The translations under genes were made by a program, and so were the position numbers. From Octopus sinensis (taxonomy: Eukaryota), in contig NC_043006.1 in NCBI RefSeq assembly GCF_006345805.1, positions 55,738,001 to 55,802,000 of the forward strand: a stretch of 64,000 nt of DNA, in the 5' to 3' direction. Shown one piece after another: positions 1 through 14,631 of the stretch; position 1 is the first letter of the stretch; each line of letters begins with the position of its first letter. The notes under the pieces were generated by a model. It did not search any database. It was not told where the DNA came from and was given only the letters and a program-made list of their open reading frames with translations.

Positions 1-79
1 TGCATGTATATATACATGTAGAGGTAGGTACGTACATATATGTATGTATATATGCATATGTTTTATTTATTTATTAATT

Positions 80-121
<42 letters not shown>

Positions 122-350
122 CATGCATGCATGCATACATACCTACATACATGCCTGCATACATAAATGCATACACACATAAATGCATACATACATACAA
201 GCATACATACATGCATACATACATAATTACATATATACATACATACAAGCATACATACATGCATACATACATAATTACATATATACATACATGCAAGCAT
301 ACATGCATGCATACAAACATACGTTCGTACAAATGCATACATACAAACAG
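1..350. repeat. Mixed (TA)n/(CATA)n microsatellite tract
   Basis: Direct reading; it explains the YI/HT/MYVC-repeat ORFs at 40-457. Confidence 0.95.
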
Positions 351-470
351 GAAACGTGCATATTTTGAAATTGAATTTCGTCCTTTTTTTTTGTTTTTTG
401 TTTCAATCGTTTTTTTCTGTGTCTGCGTGTTCGTTGTTTAGTCATTAACTCTTTCATATATATTTACCCT

Positions 471-510
<40 letters not shown>

Positions 511-1348
511 TCTCTCTCTCAGTCTCTCTTATTTTCTATCTGTTTTATGCCTTCCAATTACTTTTCCCTCTATGCTTAAAGCTATCCGTGCTAGATACAT
601 GCTTTCAGTTTTAATTACCTATACATCTTAACCAACATTTATTTTAGTTTTCATTGTCGCTTTCCTGGTATTTTTTTTTATGCTACCCCTCTTATCTTCT
701 CTCTCTATTCTCTTTAGCTTCTATGGAGCTCCCTTTCTGCTATTTTCCCCACATGACTGCAACTTTCCTCTCTGTTGTAAGATCATTTATTTATTTATGT
801 ATATATTTTTGCTTTTACTTTTGCATTTATCTTGTAATTGTGATGCTCATTTTACCCGTGTATAAAATTCTAATTTTGATTCTAATTTTAATTCTAGGTT
901 TTTTACTCTTAATTCCTAAAACAATTCTTCTCATTTACTGTATTTTCCTACATCTTTCTATGTGTATAGACGATTTATATTACCAGTGTTTAATTCAACT
1001 CCGTCTTTCTTTTCATGTTTGCTTTTTTGTTCGCTACGGTCAATCGCTTTTCGTCTTACAGATTACCGTTATTTTGAATACTAATAATGCTCTATCCAAT
1101 CAAATACAAAAGTTGTTTTATTCAATGAGTAATTAAATTATAATTACTGCACCGTTTATAAATAATTATGCATCATTTACGACAGTCTGATGATCGGTTA
1201 CACGAAACTGAGTTTGTGAAAACTTTCCGACTTCAATAAATTACTACACACACACTCACACGCACAGGCACGCACGCACACACATTCACACATATACATA
1301 TACGCACACATATCTACACATATCGATCTGTCTATCTATTTATATATG

Positions 1349-1402
<54 letters not shown>

Positions 1403-1644
1403 ATGAATATCTTCAACATTGCCAAAGCAAACCTACCAATCATTGCCCAAAGTAATGAATTAAAAGACATAATCACGGATCGAGCTATGGTTCTTAGTAA
1501 AAGAAAAAATTACTAACAAAGGCGAAATTTGACCTTAGCAACAAAGACCAAACATTCAATGTATCTAAATGCAGTGATAGCCGCTGTGGCACATGCCAAT
1601 TCATACATACCGGCCAATATATAAACACAAAAACTGGGAAAATA

Positions 1645-1950
1645 TTGACAAACGCGAATATGAACTGCAAAAGCAGAAATTTAATTTACTGCATCAAATG
1701 CCCAAATTGTGAAGAAATATACGTAGGTCAGACGGGAAATGCACTATCAGAACGCTCACGTGTACACCGACAACAGATTAGAGACCCAGAGGTCCGTCAG
1801 ATACCTTTGAGTAACCACCTAGCAACATGTGGTCGGAAAATATATATAATATTTTCATTCTACAAATTACACAGCCCAAGTGAAATCGAGAGGAAAATCA
1901 GAGAAAAGAATTTTATTGATAAATTCGAACCCAAGCTAAATAAGCAATAA
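1645..1950 (+). pseudogene. PLE GIY-YIG endonuclease domain remnant
   Basis: IY-(CxxC)-YVG-T motif and C-terminal E...I..F.PKLN, typical of PLE endonucleases; no RT upstream. Confidence 0.85.
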
Positions 1951-2373
1951 TAATAATACTTAGATAGCAGGAAAATTATCTTATTTAGGGTTAAAAGTTA
2001 TATTGCCACCACCATCACCACTAGCAACAATAATTAAGGTGCTGACAATGATGATGATGATAATTGAAATATAAAACTATAAAAATCTCTGACAAAGGCT
2101 ATTTACAACATTTCTAAAAATAGCCCAACAATTGCTGCCTCGGCCAGAGTTAAGATACAGGACTCTTGACATGTCCAACAAAGCGTGACGCCTAAACCAA
2201 TCAGCTCAACCAACCATTCAGCTTAAGTAATTGAGTGATACTACACACCGATTGGTCAGAATACAGTTTGCAAAACCTAGCAATCTGGAGCCTACACAGT
2301 TGTATTTAATGCACAGATTCAATCATCTCGCTACAGTCAAAAATTGTGAAGCATGACTGTCACCACTACAACA

Positions 2374-2418
2374 TGAACCTGAAGATTGCAGAATTTAATG
2401 CATGAAAGTACTAGTTCA
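2374..2418 (+). ncRNA. Minimal type I hammerhead ribozyme
   Basis: TGAAC-CTGAAGA-T TGCA gaatttaa TGCA T-GAAA-GTAC-TA-GTTCA: 5-bp stem I, canonical core, palindromic stem III; the 10.1-11.1 position is U/U. Confidence 0.75.
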
Positions 2419-2577
2419 ATCAGAATGAACATTTAACATTCTATTATTTTATTTTATTTTATTTTATTTTATTATATTATCTTATATCATTATAAGATTG
2501 TAAATAAAACGTGAAAATCAGACAAGGTTGGAATTCCTTTTATTAATATATTCTTCTATACACAATTACACGCACCC

Positions 2578-2757
<180 letters not shown>

Positions 2758-2759
2758 GT

Positions 2760-4600
2760 TGAGGCCTAAATATTCTCAAGTTTCACTGGTTCCACTCCCA
2801 AACTATACGGCCGTTATATTGACGACTGTATCGGTGCATTTAAACTCCTTCCACTCTTTTGTCAAATCTTTCCATCCTGCCCTCCACTTCTGCACTATCG
2901 CTAACATCCCTATCTCCTTTCTTGACATTTCGGTCAGCATTCATAACTCTCACCACCTCCATCCACTACAAACACAGACTCACACTCATACCTAAACTTT
3001 TCTTCCTCCCACCCTAAACAAACCAAGCTTTCCATCCCCTATTCCCAATTCCTCCGTCTACGCAGGCTCTGTAGTGACGACCATTACTTTGAGACTCAAT
3101 CTCAACTCATGGCTCGCCACTTCATCCTACGTGGATATCCCCTTCCCACTATCCACACCGCCCTTGCCAGAGCACGTTCCGTGGAACGCGCATCTGCTCT
3201 CTCACCCCGAACGCGTCCCGCCGTCTCCCGCCTCCAATTTCCCCTTACCTACCACCCCACCATCCTACCTCTTCAACGCACCATTCTCTGAACCTTCCAG
3301 CGACTCCAGTCTGACCCCTCCACTTCACCATCTTCCTTAACCGACCCTCCCCTTCTTCCTACGAGACCTCTTGGTCCACAGCTTCATCCCTAACCCAACC
3401 TCCCAACTCGACTCGTTTCCTACCCCCGCCTACACTCCCGCACTTGACCTTACCTCTCCAACACCACCCTCCTCACCGGCACCCATCATCGACCCAATCA
3501 CATCACCGACTCCTTCACTGCACATCTACTGCATCTCCTGCTCTCTCTGCCCTTCTCTATATATCGGTCAAACGGGATACCGCTGGCTGACCGGTTCGCG
3601 GAAAACCTCCGGGACATCCGACTCGGCAATGACACACCGGTCTCGCCCCATTTCCGCTCTACCGGTCACTCTTTGCAACACCTGTCCGTATTCGGATTGT
3701 CCTTGCACAGGAGCCATCCGGACACCCGTTTGCGCCGTGAACAGGGGTTAATCTTCTCTCTTCGCTCCTTTACGCCACATGGGCTCAACTCTCCTCCCCT
3801 CGCCTCTCTCACCCTCACACCTACTTACTCCCACCCACCACTTCTCTCTTGCTCCGACTCCTACTTCTCTTCACTCTTACTGTCTTGCTCTCTTCTCTTC
3901 ACTCCTACCCACCTTCTCCTTCCCCCACTTCATCGTCACCCCTCCCTCGTAAGCCTTACACATTTCACCCCACCTTCCCTATCCTTTCCCATCCCACCCC
4001 ACCTCATCCCTTACACCCACTCCCACATACCTCTCCTCTACCCCCACCCTCCGCCTACCCCTATACCTCTCCTCTACCCCACTCTCCGCCTACCTACATA
4101 CCTCATCTCTAACCCACCCTCAGCCTAACAGCACCCCACCCTTGCTTTCCCCACTCTCGCCTACCCCACCACCCAACACCATCACACCATACCACACACC
4201 ACTACACCTTACACCACCATGCCACGCAACACATCACAACACACCACCACACACAAATCAGCACTGACCACTTCCTAGACCAACATTTTCGCACCTACAC
4301 GTCAAGATCACCAACGGCCTTCCACACGCATACACAAACTCTCTTATACACACGAACGCGCACCTTCGTTTTGGGATCACCACTACTTTATTATCTCCCT
4401 TTCTCCCTAGCTCTCCTGTGTGACCCTTCTGTCCGGCATTCGCCATGATAGATCGCTAGACACTACACATTATTTTCTCTCGTTGGTTCTTTCATTGTTC
4501 ATACCTGTGGAAGTGCGTAGACTCGAAACGTTAAAGATTTTTTTACTTCCCGAGCGTTGACTGCACCACCTGTCTTCGTCTTTTGTTTTTTTGTGAATTC
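2760..4600 (+). mobile_element. Decayed Penelope-like element (RT C-terminal half, thumb, GIY-YIG, C-rich 3' UTR, pLTR remnant)
   Basis: Frameshifted segments [92 protein letters not shown]; CGAAACGTT motif near 4525. Confidence 0.9.
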
Positions 4601-4602
4601 TT

Positions 4603-4667
<65 letters not shown>

Positions 4668-4704
4668 GAAAAAATGTATAAAAAAACGACATAACGTATA
4701 CTGA

Positions 4705-4855
4705 ATGCAAATACGTCTAGCAAATCTTCTGACGAGGCTTTGGGGGGCACGAGGCTATAGTAGACAATACTTGCCCAAGGTGCTGTGCAGTTGGACTGAA
4801 CCTGGATCAACGTGTTTGGGGAGCAATCTTCTTATCACGCAGCGACTCCTGCGCC

Positions 4856-4857
<2 letters not shown>
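4705..4857 (-). mobile_element. tRNA-headed SINE family A, diverged 5' half
   Basis: Reverse complement begins TAGGCGCAGGAGT and contains GCACCTTGGGCAAGT; homologous to the full copy at 59514-59926. Confidence 0.8.
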
Positions 4858-4892
<35 letters not shown>

Positions 4893-4983
4893 ATATATGT
4901 ATGCATATATATATATTCATACATACATACATACATACATTCATACATACATACATACATACATACATACATACATACATACA

Positions 4984-5014
<31 letters not shown>

Positions 5015-5427
5015 GTACATTGACATGCTAAAGTGAACCTTAAGTAAACACTGGAATAATCTCTCAATTTTCCTTTTATTTTACACTCCTGTTCTCATAT
5101 AAGCCTTCTCTAAAGCAACATGAATATTAACTAGGTCTATAACAGTAAAAAAACATATATAGTAGAAATAAACAGAAAATAAGTTATTGATATTTTGAAT
5201 ATTTCATCACACGTTTCATTGAACAATCATTTACAGACGATTATGGTGTGTAAATACAAAAATATAATCAATCTTAATTGGTATACTTCGACGTCTAAGT
5301 AATGATTCAAATTTGATTAATCAATGATCTGATCTTTACCGAATGATACAGATGAAAAGGTAAGTTGGTTAAATGGGTCAAGTTGTTTATTATTCGATTT
5401 TTAGTAAAAAAAAATATGAAAGTATAC

Positions 5428-5563
5428 ATGCTTACCAACCACATGGTTCCGGGTTCAGTCCCACTGCGTGGCATCTTGGGCAAGTGTCTTCTACTATAGC
5501 CCCGAGCCGACCAATGCCTTGTGAGTGGATTTGGTAGACGGAAACTGAAAGAAGCTCGTCGTA

Positions 5564-5601
<38 letters not shown>

Positions 5602-5822
5602 TGTGTGTCTGTTTTTGTCCCCCTAGTGTTGCTTGACAACCGATGTTGGTGTGTTTACGTCGCCGTCACTTAGCGGTTCGGCAAAAGAGACCGATAGAAT
5701 AAGTACCGGGCTTACAAAGAATAAGTCCCGGGGTCGATTTGCTCGACTAAAGGCGGTGCTCCAGCATGGCCACAGTCAAAGGACTGAAACAAGTAAAAAG
5801 AGTAAAAAGAGAGTAAGAGTAT
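5428..5822 (+). mobile_element. SINE family A, near-full copy with internal (TA)n and (AAAGAGT)n tail
   Basis: Colinear with 59514-59926; B-box-like GGTTCAGTCCC; tail GGCGGTGCTCCAGCATGGCC. Confidence 0.9.
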
Positions 5823-5967
5823 AAATATACACATTCAATACAATGAAAAATATACACATGATAATACGAGTACGTACGTCGATATAAACAAGTATGTGTA
5901 TACATATATAAATAGCTGGATATATAGATACACACACATGCATAGATACATAAATAATTAAACAAAA

Positions 5968-6125
5968 TAGGCGTGACTGTGTGGTATGAAGCTTGCTTCA
6001 CAAATACATGGTTGCTAGTTCACTCCCTCTGTGTGGCATCTCGAGTAAGTGTCTTCTACTGCAGCCTAGGGGCGTCCATAGCCTTGTGAGTGGATTTGGT
6101 GAACGGAAACTGAAAGACATCCGTA

Positions 6126-6127
<2 letters not shown>
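5968..6127 (+). mobile_element. SINE family A, diverged 5' half
   Basis: TAGGCGTGACTGTGTGGTA...GGAAACTGAAAGA matches the family consensus seen elsewhere in the window. Confidence 0.75.
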
Positions 6128-7900
<1,773 letters not shown>

Positions 7901-9039
7901 ATATAGTTAACTGAAGTTATAATAGAATTTATAGTAGTATTAGATACGGATATAACAAGAACCAAGAATTTATTAAACAATATTACCTTAAAAGGAATAG
8001 ACAGGCCACATTTATCTAATATAAATCTCTAAATCTTAAACACTATAAAAATATCCAGTTACAGATAGATTTAAGAGTATAGCATATTTCTTGTTATTAT
8101 TTCCCCTTGAATTCAACCTCTAATATTATTAGTTTTAGAGAATTTTTCAGATTGTGTTATGTTATTTATGTTATTCCCATAATATTTAGCACATGACAGA
8201 GAGCGGCCATTTACACTTGAACGAGGAGTAAACATTATGTCGATAAGTATTCTTCCTTTTTAAATTTGTTTATTAGTTTTATTCAATAAATTTATAACGT
8301 ACGTAGTGGTTTTTACTAAATAATCTTATTAAACACTATTAACTTACGTTTGACATCAAAATAGTTATTCATACTTGTATAGATAGGGGTAAATCTTTCA
8401 CTAAATTATTCATTCCCATAATGTTTATTTAGATATGTTGTAGGACTTGATGTGTTTATAATTTAGTCATTGATGATTTCCTTAGGTTAAGCATTTTCTA
8501 TATATATATATTGGAATTGTAATTTAGGTGTTTAATTTCTTGAAATATATTTGTAATTTAAATATATATATATATATATATATATTTGTAAAAAATGAAG
8601 TTCGAAAATGCTGCTGTATTATACAATTTTTAATTTTTATATATACATTATAACATGTTTCAGTTCCTGAAATGAACCTTATCAAAAAAAGTTATATATA
8701 AAAAGAGACAGCTCATGCCGTCAAACACAAGAAATTCATTTATAATACACAACGGAGTCAGACATCTTAGAGTTCATGTATAGTTGATATATAGTTCATG
8801 TATAGTTGATATATAGTTTGAAGTATATGTTCAAAGTGTTCGATGCAGTGGCTCACGGTGGCGATACGTATTCAATACAAAAAACAGATCAAAGTGGTGG
8901 AAAGCGGTCAATACAGAAGATTGATGTTTCCGAAAGAGCGAGGAATTCATTTTTACCTTAAGCAATTGTGATGACCCATGGTGGAAGTTCGCTGGGTGGT
9001 TCTAGTGAGTTTTTGTGAAATGCTCGGTTTTATAATGCC

Positions 9040-9350
9040 TGTTAGGTGGTCAATCTAGCGTAGCGTGACGTCATCAATGTTTTGACCAATCGTTTCGTTA
9101 GGTGGCTTTAATCAAGTGGAACGGGACGTCATCATTATTTTGACCAATCGCTGCATTATAACTCCCTCTTGTTTGTTTCCTGTCTTGACCAGTCGCTTCG
9201 TTAGTCAAGCATAGCGGGACGTCATCCAGATTCTGCCCAATCACGACTTATAGCTACATTAGATCTGCCCCCTGTCTGTACTTGTTAGGTGACTATTCAA
9301 GCAGAAAAGGATGTCATCAATATTCTGACTAATGACTGTCCCCTGTTTGT
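9040..9350 (+). promoter_or_regulatory. Four-fold GACGTCA-N12-CCAAT array (CRE-like plus CCAAT-box), probably a TE-borne promoter/enhancer
   Basis: Motif pairs at 9067/9086, 9125/9144, 9218/9237 and a degenerate pair at 9310/9329, all with a 12-nt gap. Confidence 0.45.
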
Positions 9351-9375
9351 ATCCTGTCCATTCTAGCAGAGCTAA

Positions 9376-9564
9376 TAGTTAATCCAAACAAGAAAACACA
9401 AAAAACACAACAACGCGAGGACGTGGAACAAATATAGCATTATTGGACGCTCAGGAAAGAGAGAAGAAGGAGGGTTTAACGTTTCGAGCGGAGCTCTTCG
9501 TCGGAAACATAGGAGAAGGAAAGATCCCGAGAAGGGAAGACAGAGGGGAAAAAAATCGCCAACG

Positions 9565-9568
<4 letters not shown>
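9376..9568 (-). mobile_element. Short (~190 bp) hammerhead-bearing non-coding element, copy 1
   Basis: Same boundaries and sequence as 40971-41158; HHR-like fold at 9474-9508 with core CCGACGA. Confidence 0.75.
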
Positions 9569-9619
<51 letters not shown>

Positions 9620-9624
<5 letters not shown>

Positions 9625-9780
9625 GGAGTTAAATGCAGGTGTTATTCAAATCTTTATACTTCCGACATATGCTTCGAAAGAAACTTTGGTATTATTCAAG
9701 AAAGAATAAAATAATGTGATTACTGCATATATGATGAAAGGAACGCTGGTACGTTATTTTTAAACAATCGTTAATATATA
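9620..9780 (-). mobile_element. Internally deleted PLE pseudo-LTR fragment
   Basis: Homologous to 21330-21520 and 52240-52450; retains only the GAAGCATATGTC half of the HHR. Confidence 0.6.
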
Positions 9781-10210
9781 TAACTTCAAAGGCAATTTAT
9801 AGAAAGAGACAGAGGAAGAAGAAAAAAATAAAAAGAAAATTAAAAGTGGAGAAATATAGTGCGATTGATGAATAGGAATAAAGGTTAAAGTCGTGGAAAT
9901 AGATATATTTAGTGGAAGTGAAAAAGCAGCGCTAGTGTCGTAGACATTATCCGGTTCGTTGCGGTATAGCACCTGGGAACGATATTCCCTCATAACACTG
10001 GGCTTTAGAACACCTGTAAAACAATATGTCGTCTCCCAAGAGCTATAACGCAACGAACCGGCGAACAAAGAAAACACATACACTGAGTATGTGGGCTCGA
10101 TGATACACACACATGCACACACACACAGAAGCATACATGCGCACAGATATATAAATAGCTATACGCATATATATATATATATATGCATATTTAAATGGCT
10201 ATATAGTAAA

Positions 10211-10355
10211 TAGGCGCAGGTTTGAATTGGAGGTAAGGAATCTGATTCCCAACCACATGGTTCCAGGTTTAATCTCAGTGTGTGCTACCTTGGGCAAATG
10301 CCTTCTACTATAGCCTTGTGAGTAGGTTTAGTACACGGAAACTGAAAGAAGTTCG

Positions 10356-10441
<86 letters not shown>

Positions 10442-10646
10442 TTGTACCCTCCTCCCTGCTTGACAACCAGTGCTGGTTTGTTTACGCCCTCGCAGAACAT
10501 TTGTACGGCAAGAGAGACCGATAGAATACTATACTTAAAAAAGGCTACTGACATCGGTCTGTTCGACTAAAACATCTTGAAGACGGTGCCCCAGCATGGC
10601 CGCAATCTAATAACTTCAACAATTAAAAGAAAGATAAAAGATAAAA
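10211..10646 (+). mobile_element. SINE family A, full-length diverged copy
   Basis: TAGGCGCAGG head, internal (TA)/(TG)n, tail GGTGCCCCAGCATGGCCGC plus A-rich repeat. Confidence 0.8.
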
Positions 10647-11574
10647 TGCAGAGCTAAGTGAGGTTCGATCATTACTAGGTCGATCATGTTTGAGTTATAA
10701 GAGACTTCATTATTTAAACACAACCTAAACAATATTGTCATGTCTCAGAATGATAAGAGAGGCTATAGGCTTTTCATAGAAAACACGTATATATGATCTA
10801 AAATAAGGAGAAAATACCAAGCGAAACTAGCAGTTTGAAACATATATTAAAGTGAATAATATTAAAGTAGTTTTACGTAGTGAGACAAAAAATTCAATAA
10901 ATTTGGACTGGGGTTTATGAGATGAAAGCAGGTATAATTTTCTTAATGATTGATTCCCTGTGTTTTGTATTCTATCATTGAAATACGCATCGATGTAAGC
11001 AAATAATGTCATCCTAGGTGTGGAAAATAAGTCAAATCTTCATCTAATCCTATTTGGTCATCTTAAAATACCTTTGGGCGTTTGTGATAATTACACAGGC
11101 ACGCGCGCATACACACACACACACACACACACTTTCGCACGTGCATATATATATATATACAAATAGAATGAGAGAGAGAAAAGAAACATTACATGCGCAT
11201 ACAAACTTGACGTTCACACACAAGGAGAGAGAGAGAGAGGGAGAGAGAAGATGTGACACCAAAACAATAGCATCATGCCTACCTCAGGGTCCGTTCCTCT
11301 TCGTGGGTGGTAGATTGTAATCATCGCCTGATTAACGCAACTACAGAACTACCGCTGCTCTTGGTATCTGTAACAGACCCACTCTTTTGAAAGCACACAG
11401 TCAAAGTCACCGATCTGAGAATAGCTTCTCTTTCTCACGCCGGTGTCGGATGCCCTAGAAAGAGATTTGAACATAGAACTTCCTCCACGTCAGATCAAGA
11501 TGTGGATATCTAACGTAAGAATATGACCTCGGATTTAGAAGAAGGATATAGTAAATACTGTCATCACTAGTTTG

Positions 11575-11640
11575 TAAGTAGATGAAAGGCAAAGTTAACT
11601 TCGGCGGAATTTAAACTCAAAAATTAAAACGTAAAGATGC
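11575..11640 (-). mobile_element. SINE family C fragment
   Basis: GATGAAAGGCAAAGTTAACTTCGGCGGAATTT is homologous to ~47040-47075 and to the reverse complement of ~48300-48340. Confidence 0.55.
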
Positions 11641-13068
11641 TCTAACAAGTCAGCATATCGACTGTCATTTCTTCAGAAAGTTGTTATATAAATTAATGTC
11701 ACTGCCAATATGAGCAAAAATGTGAGTGATGAAGTTTAATAACATTTATATTAAATGACTTGAAAATGGAAAAGGATGTAATAATTATCTTATCTAATTA
11801 AGAAATATTAGAATTCATTTTAATTTCAAACTTCATTTTCAGTTCTATGATGAAATACACGCTTGCATTATTAAAAAATAGATGTATACCATATTCCAAA
11901 ATGACCAACAATAAATGAATAATCTTTTGCATCGGCTTTTCAAAAACTGTATATCTAAAACTACATTATGCACTGTGTTGCTTGATTTTAAAGGTTCGGG
12001 TGTTATTTAAAATAAAAAATTGTTTGCTATTTATGACATATAAAGCGACTATGTAAAAGCTCTTCAGTTTGATTAGGAAAGAAACATCTGGCCTTGTTAT
12101 GCTGTCAACAAAAGTTTGTGCATTTCTTGACAAGTAGAAAGAAAAAATGTCTAAAGGCAGACTACTTACGTCATTTGTCATAGAATAATATTTATTATAC
12201 AATAAAAGATGGGAAACAGAAATTCATCAATAAATATGTCATGGAGGCCACAGATATGATAACATCTCTGAGGATTTATTTGTAGTAGTGTTCTAAAAAG
12301 AACCACTGTGATGTTGAAATATACTGACAATATGTTATATATATACCCAAAACCTTTTCTAAACATCAAATCACAAGACGAATTTCATCTTGATACTAAA
12401 AACATCATGACATGCCAGAATAACAAACCCTACCTTCTAGATAAAAACGGCAAATACTCTAAATAGCAATATCAACGAGAAAAGAAATTGACCAGGTAAA
12501 ATATATTACCTATTCACATACTTATGTGAACGTCTAAAATATGTTCCATCACAAAAAGTTGACACACCCAATTACTAAGATTTTAAATACTGGACTTTGT
12601 AACTTTGACCATTACATTGTTAAAGCAAGGGGTTAAATCCAAAAACTAGTTTCGCAACCTGTGCCTGCCTAACACAATGATCTCACCTGAACATGCACAC
12701 TTGCTAACATGAATAAATTCTATACAGTAACGTAATCTAAATTCAATCAATAAAAATTTCTCCAAAACACCTCTCCATAACACCTGGCTAAAAAAACCTA
12801 ATTACCACTCCACTCAAACCCAAGTGAGACTTCAATTCGACAAAGACAAAGCCAAGATTAAATTCGATGAATCGCAATCTGACGATGGTTTAGCTGGCCG
12901 ATGCTTCGATATCACTGTCAATAATATTTTTGATTAAGAAAATAAATTTGTACTCCGCAAAAGTCTAGGATAACGCAACAGATTTTATATACATGTACAT
13001 ATATGTGTGTATATATTTATATATTTACATTAATACATGCATATATATTTATATATATATACATATAT

Positions 13069-14545
13069 ATCCTTAAATCCTTAAATCCTTAAAAATGTTT
13101 TAGCCCGAAGGCCGCGGCCATGCTGGGGCACCACCGCTGAATGAGCCACACTAGTTTGTGAATCCACCTCTGATACGTGGCACTTGATCAACAAGGGAGT
13201 TCGATGCTGCTGCCCGCATCCGCGTCTCCTGTCGTGAGGTAGGTTCATCTGGGACTTCCAACAAGAAGAGATCCAGTTTAGTTTTAAAGAAACCCACATC
13301 CACACCATGTAAGTCTCTCAGGCATTTAGGGAGGATGTTGAAAAGCTGTGGTCCTCTGAAACCCAAGCTGTTGCAGTATCTGGACCTGTATTTTGATGGT
13401 GATGTTGGAATCCTTGGCACCACGCAGCGGCGCCCCGTTCTGCGGTTGGAGTAACTTTGAATGCCAAAGTTTGGGATAAGACCCTCCAGGATTTTCCAGA
13501 TGTATATTACTGCATATCTCTCCCGCCTCCGCTCCAGGGAGAAGAGGTTTAATACCTTCAGTCTTTCCCAGTAGCTGACATTTTGCATTGAGACGATTTT
13601 CTTTGTGTAGCTTCTCTGAGTTGCTTCGAGTTCTGCTGTTTGTTTTATATTGTGTGGTGACCAAAGTTGGGAGCAGTAGTCCAAGCGGCTGAGGACAAAT
13701 GTTTTCCATAGGACCATCAGTGTCTCCTTCTCTCTTGTTCTGAAAGTTCGGAGAATCCATCCAGCTAGCCGTCTGCATTTTATCACCAGATTAGCAATAT
13801 GCATTTGGAAAGATGCATCATTGCTCATGTCAATGCCCAGGTCACGCACTGATTTTGACTCAGGGATTGCAATTCTTCCTGGGCCAGTGTATCCAGTCTT
13901 CACGTCATTTACCTTTGTGTGCCAGTAGCGCAGGGCCTGGAACTTACCTGCATTAAACTGCATGTTGTTGTCCTCAGCCCACCTGTATATTGTGTCCAGC
14001 TCATGTTGCAGATGCGCAATATTTTCAGGGTTCTGTATTGCGTGGGAGACCTTTGTGTCATCTGCATAGCTAGCAAGGGTGGTCATCGTAGCAACTGAAG
14101 GCATGTCTGAAAGGGCCACTATGAACATCAGTGGCCCCAAGACAGTGCCCTGTGGGACACCGCTTGTTATTTGCGTTTCCCTGGAGGTGGCTCCATTGCT
14201 CACAACTGCCTGTTTTCTGTCTTTTAGGAAGTTGTGCAGCCACTCTCCAAGTTTCCCGCCTATGCCGAGACCACGCAGTTTATGACAGATCATACCATGG
14301 TCGACTTTATCAAAGGCTTTTGCAAAGTCAAGATATATTACATCCACATTTGAGCCATTTAGTAGCTGTTTCAACACCCAGTCATAGTGCTGCAGGAGCT
14401 GTGTTAGGCAGCCTCTACCTGGTCGAAATCCATGCTGGGTGTCAGACAGTAAGTCATTTTCTTCAAGGAACATGATTAGTTTCTTAGGGACTATTCGTTC
14501 CATGACTTTGCTGATGTGTGAGGTCAGAGAGATAGGCCTATAATA
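13069..14545 (-). mobile_element. 5'-truncated CR1/L2-group LINE with intact 3' end and (TTTAAGGA)n tail
   Basis: RT ORF; truncated within [14 protein letters not shown] at 14545; 3' UTR ends in an 8-bp tandem repeat, a CR1-type hallmark. Confidence 0.9.
13151..14503 (-). CDS. Non-LTR retrotransposon reverse transcriptase (partial ORF2, 450 aa open; frame continues to ~14545)
   Basis: QHGFRPGR, YLDFAKAFDKVDH, GVPQGTVLGPLMF, YADDTK, RDLGI and LERRRERY motifs. Confidence 0.92.
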   Translation of the reverse strand: MERIVPKKLIMFLEENDLLSDTQHGFRPGRGCLTQLLQHYDWVLKQLLNGSNVDVIYLDFAKAFDKVDHGMICHKLRGLGIGGKLGEWLHNFLKDRKQAVVSNGATSRETQITSGVPQGTVLGPLMFIVALSDMPSVATMTTLASYADDTKVSHAIQNPENIAHLQHELDTIYRWAEDNNMQFNAGKFQALRYWHTKVNDVKTGYTGPGRIAIPESKSVRDLGIDMSNDASFQMHIANLVIKCRRLAGWILRTFRTREKETLMVLWKTFVLSRLDYCSQLWSPHNIKQTAELEATQRSYTKKIVSMQNVSYWERLKVLNLFSLERRRERYAVIYIWKILEGLIPNFGIQSYSNRRTGRRCVVPRIPTSPSKYRSRYCNSLGFRGPQLFNILPKCLRDLHGVDVGFFKTKLDLFLLEVPDEPTSRQETRMRAAASNSLVDQVPRIRGGFTN

Positions 14546-14569
14546 TGATTATAAATATACACATATATA

Positions 14570-14631
<62 letters not shown>

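Larger units (their letters stand above)
1400..2520 (+). mobile_element. Penelope-like element 3' fragment (Cys linker, GIY-YIG endonuclease, 3' UTR with hammerhead)
   Basis: Upstream frame reads FNVSKCSDSRCGTCQF; ORF 1645-1950 has NLIYCIKCPNCEEIYVGQTG...RVHRQQI...EKNFIDKFEPKLN; hammerhead at 2374-2418. Confidence 0.85.

Noticed and set aside
1182-1215. Hammerhead at CTGATGA...GAAAC
   Set aside because: Stem I and stem II do not pair; at most a decayed pLTR.
11900-12960. Source of the Tc1 filler as a PLE RT remnant (KYTDNMLYIY resembling RYIDD; CTGACGA at 12880)
   Set aside because: The similarity is too degraded to support by eye; it needs tBLASTn or an HMM search.
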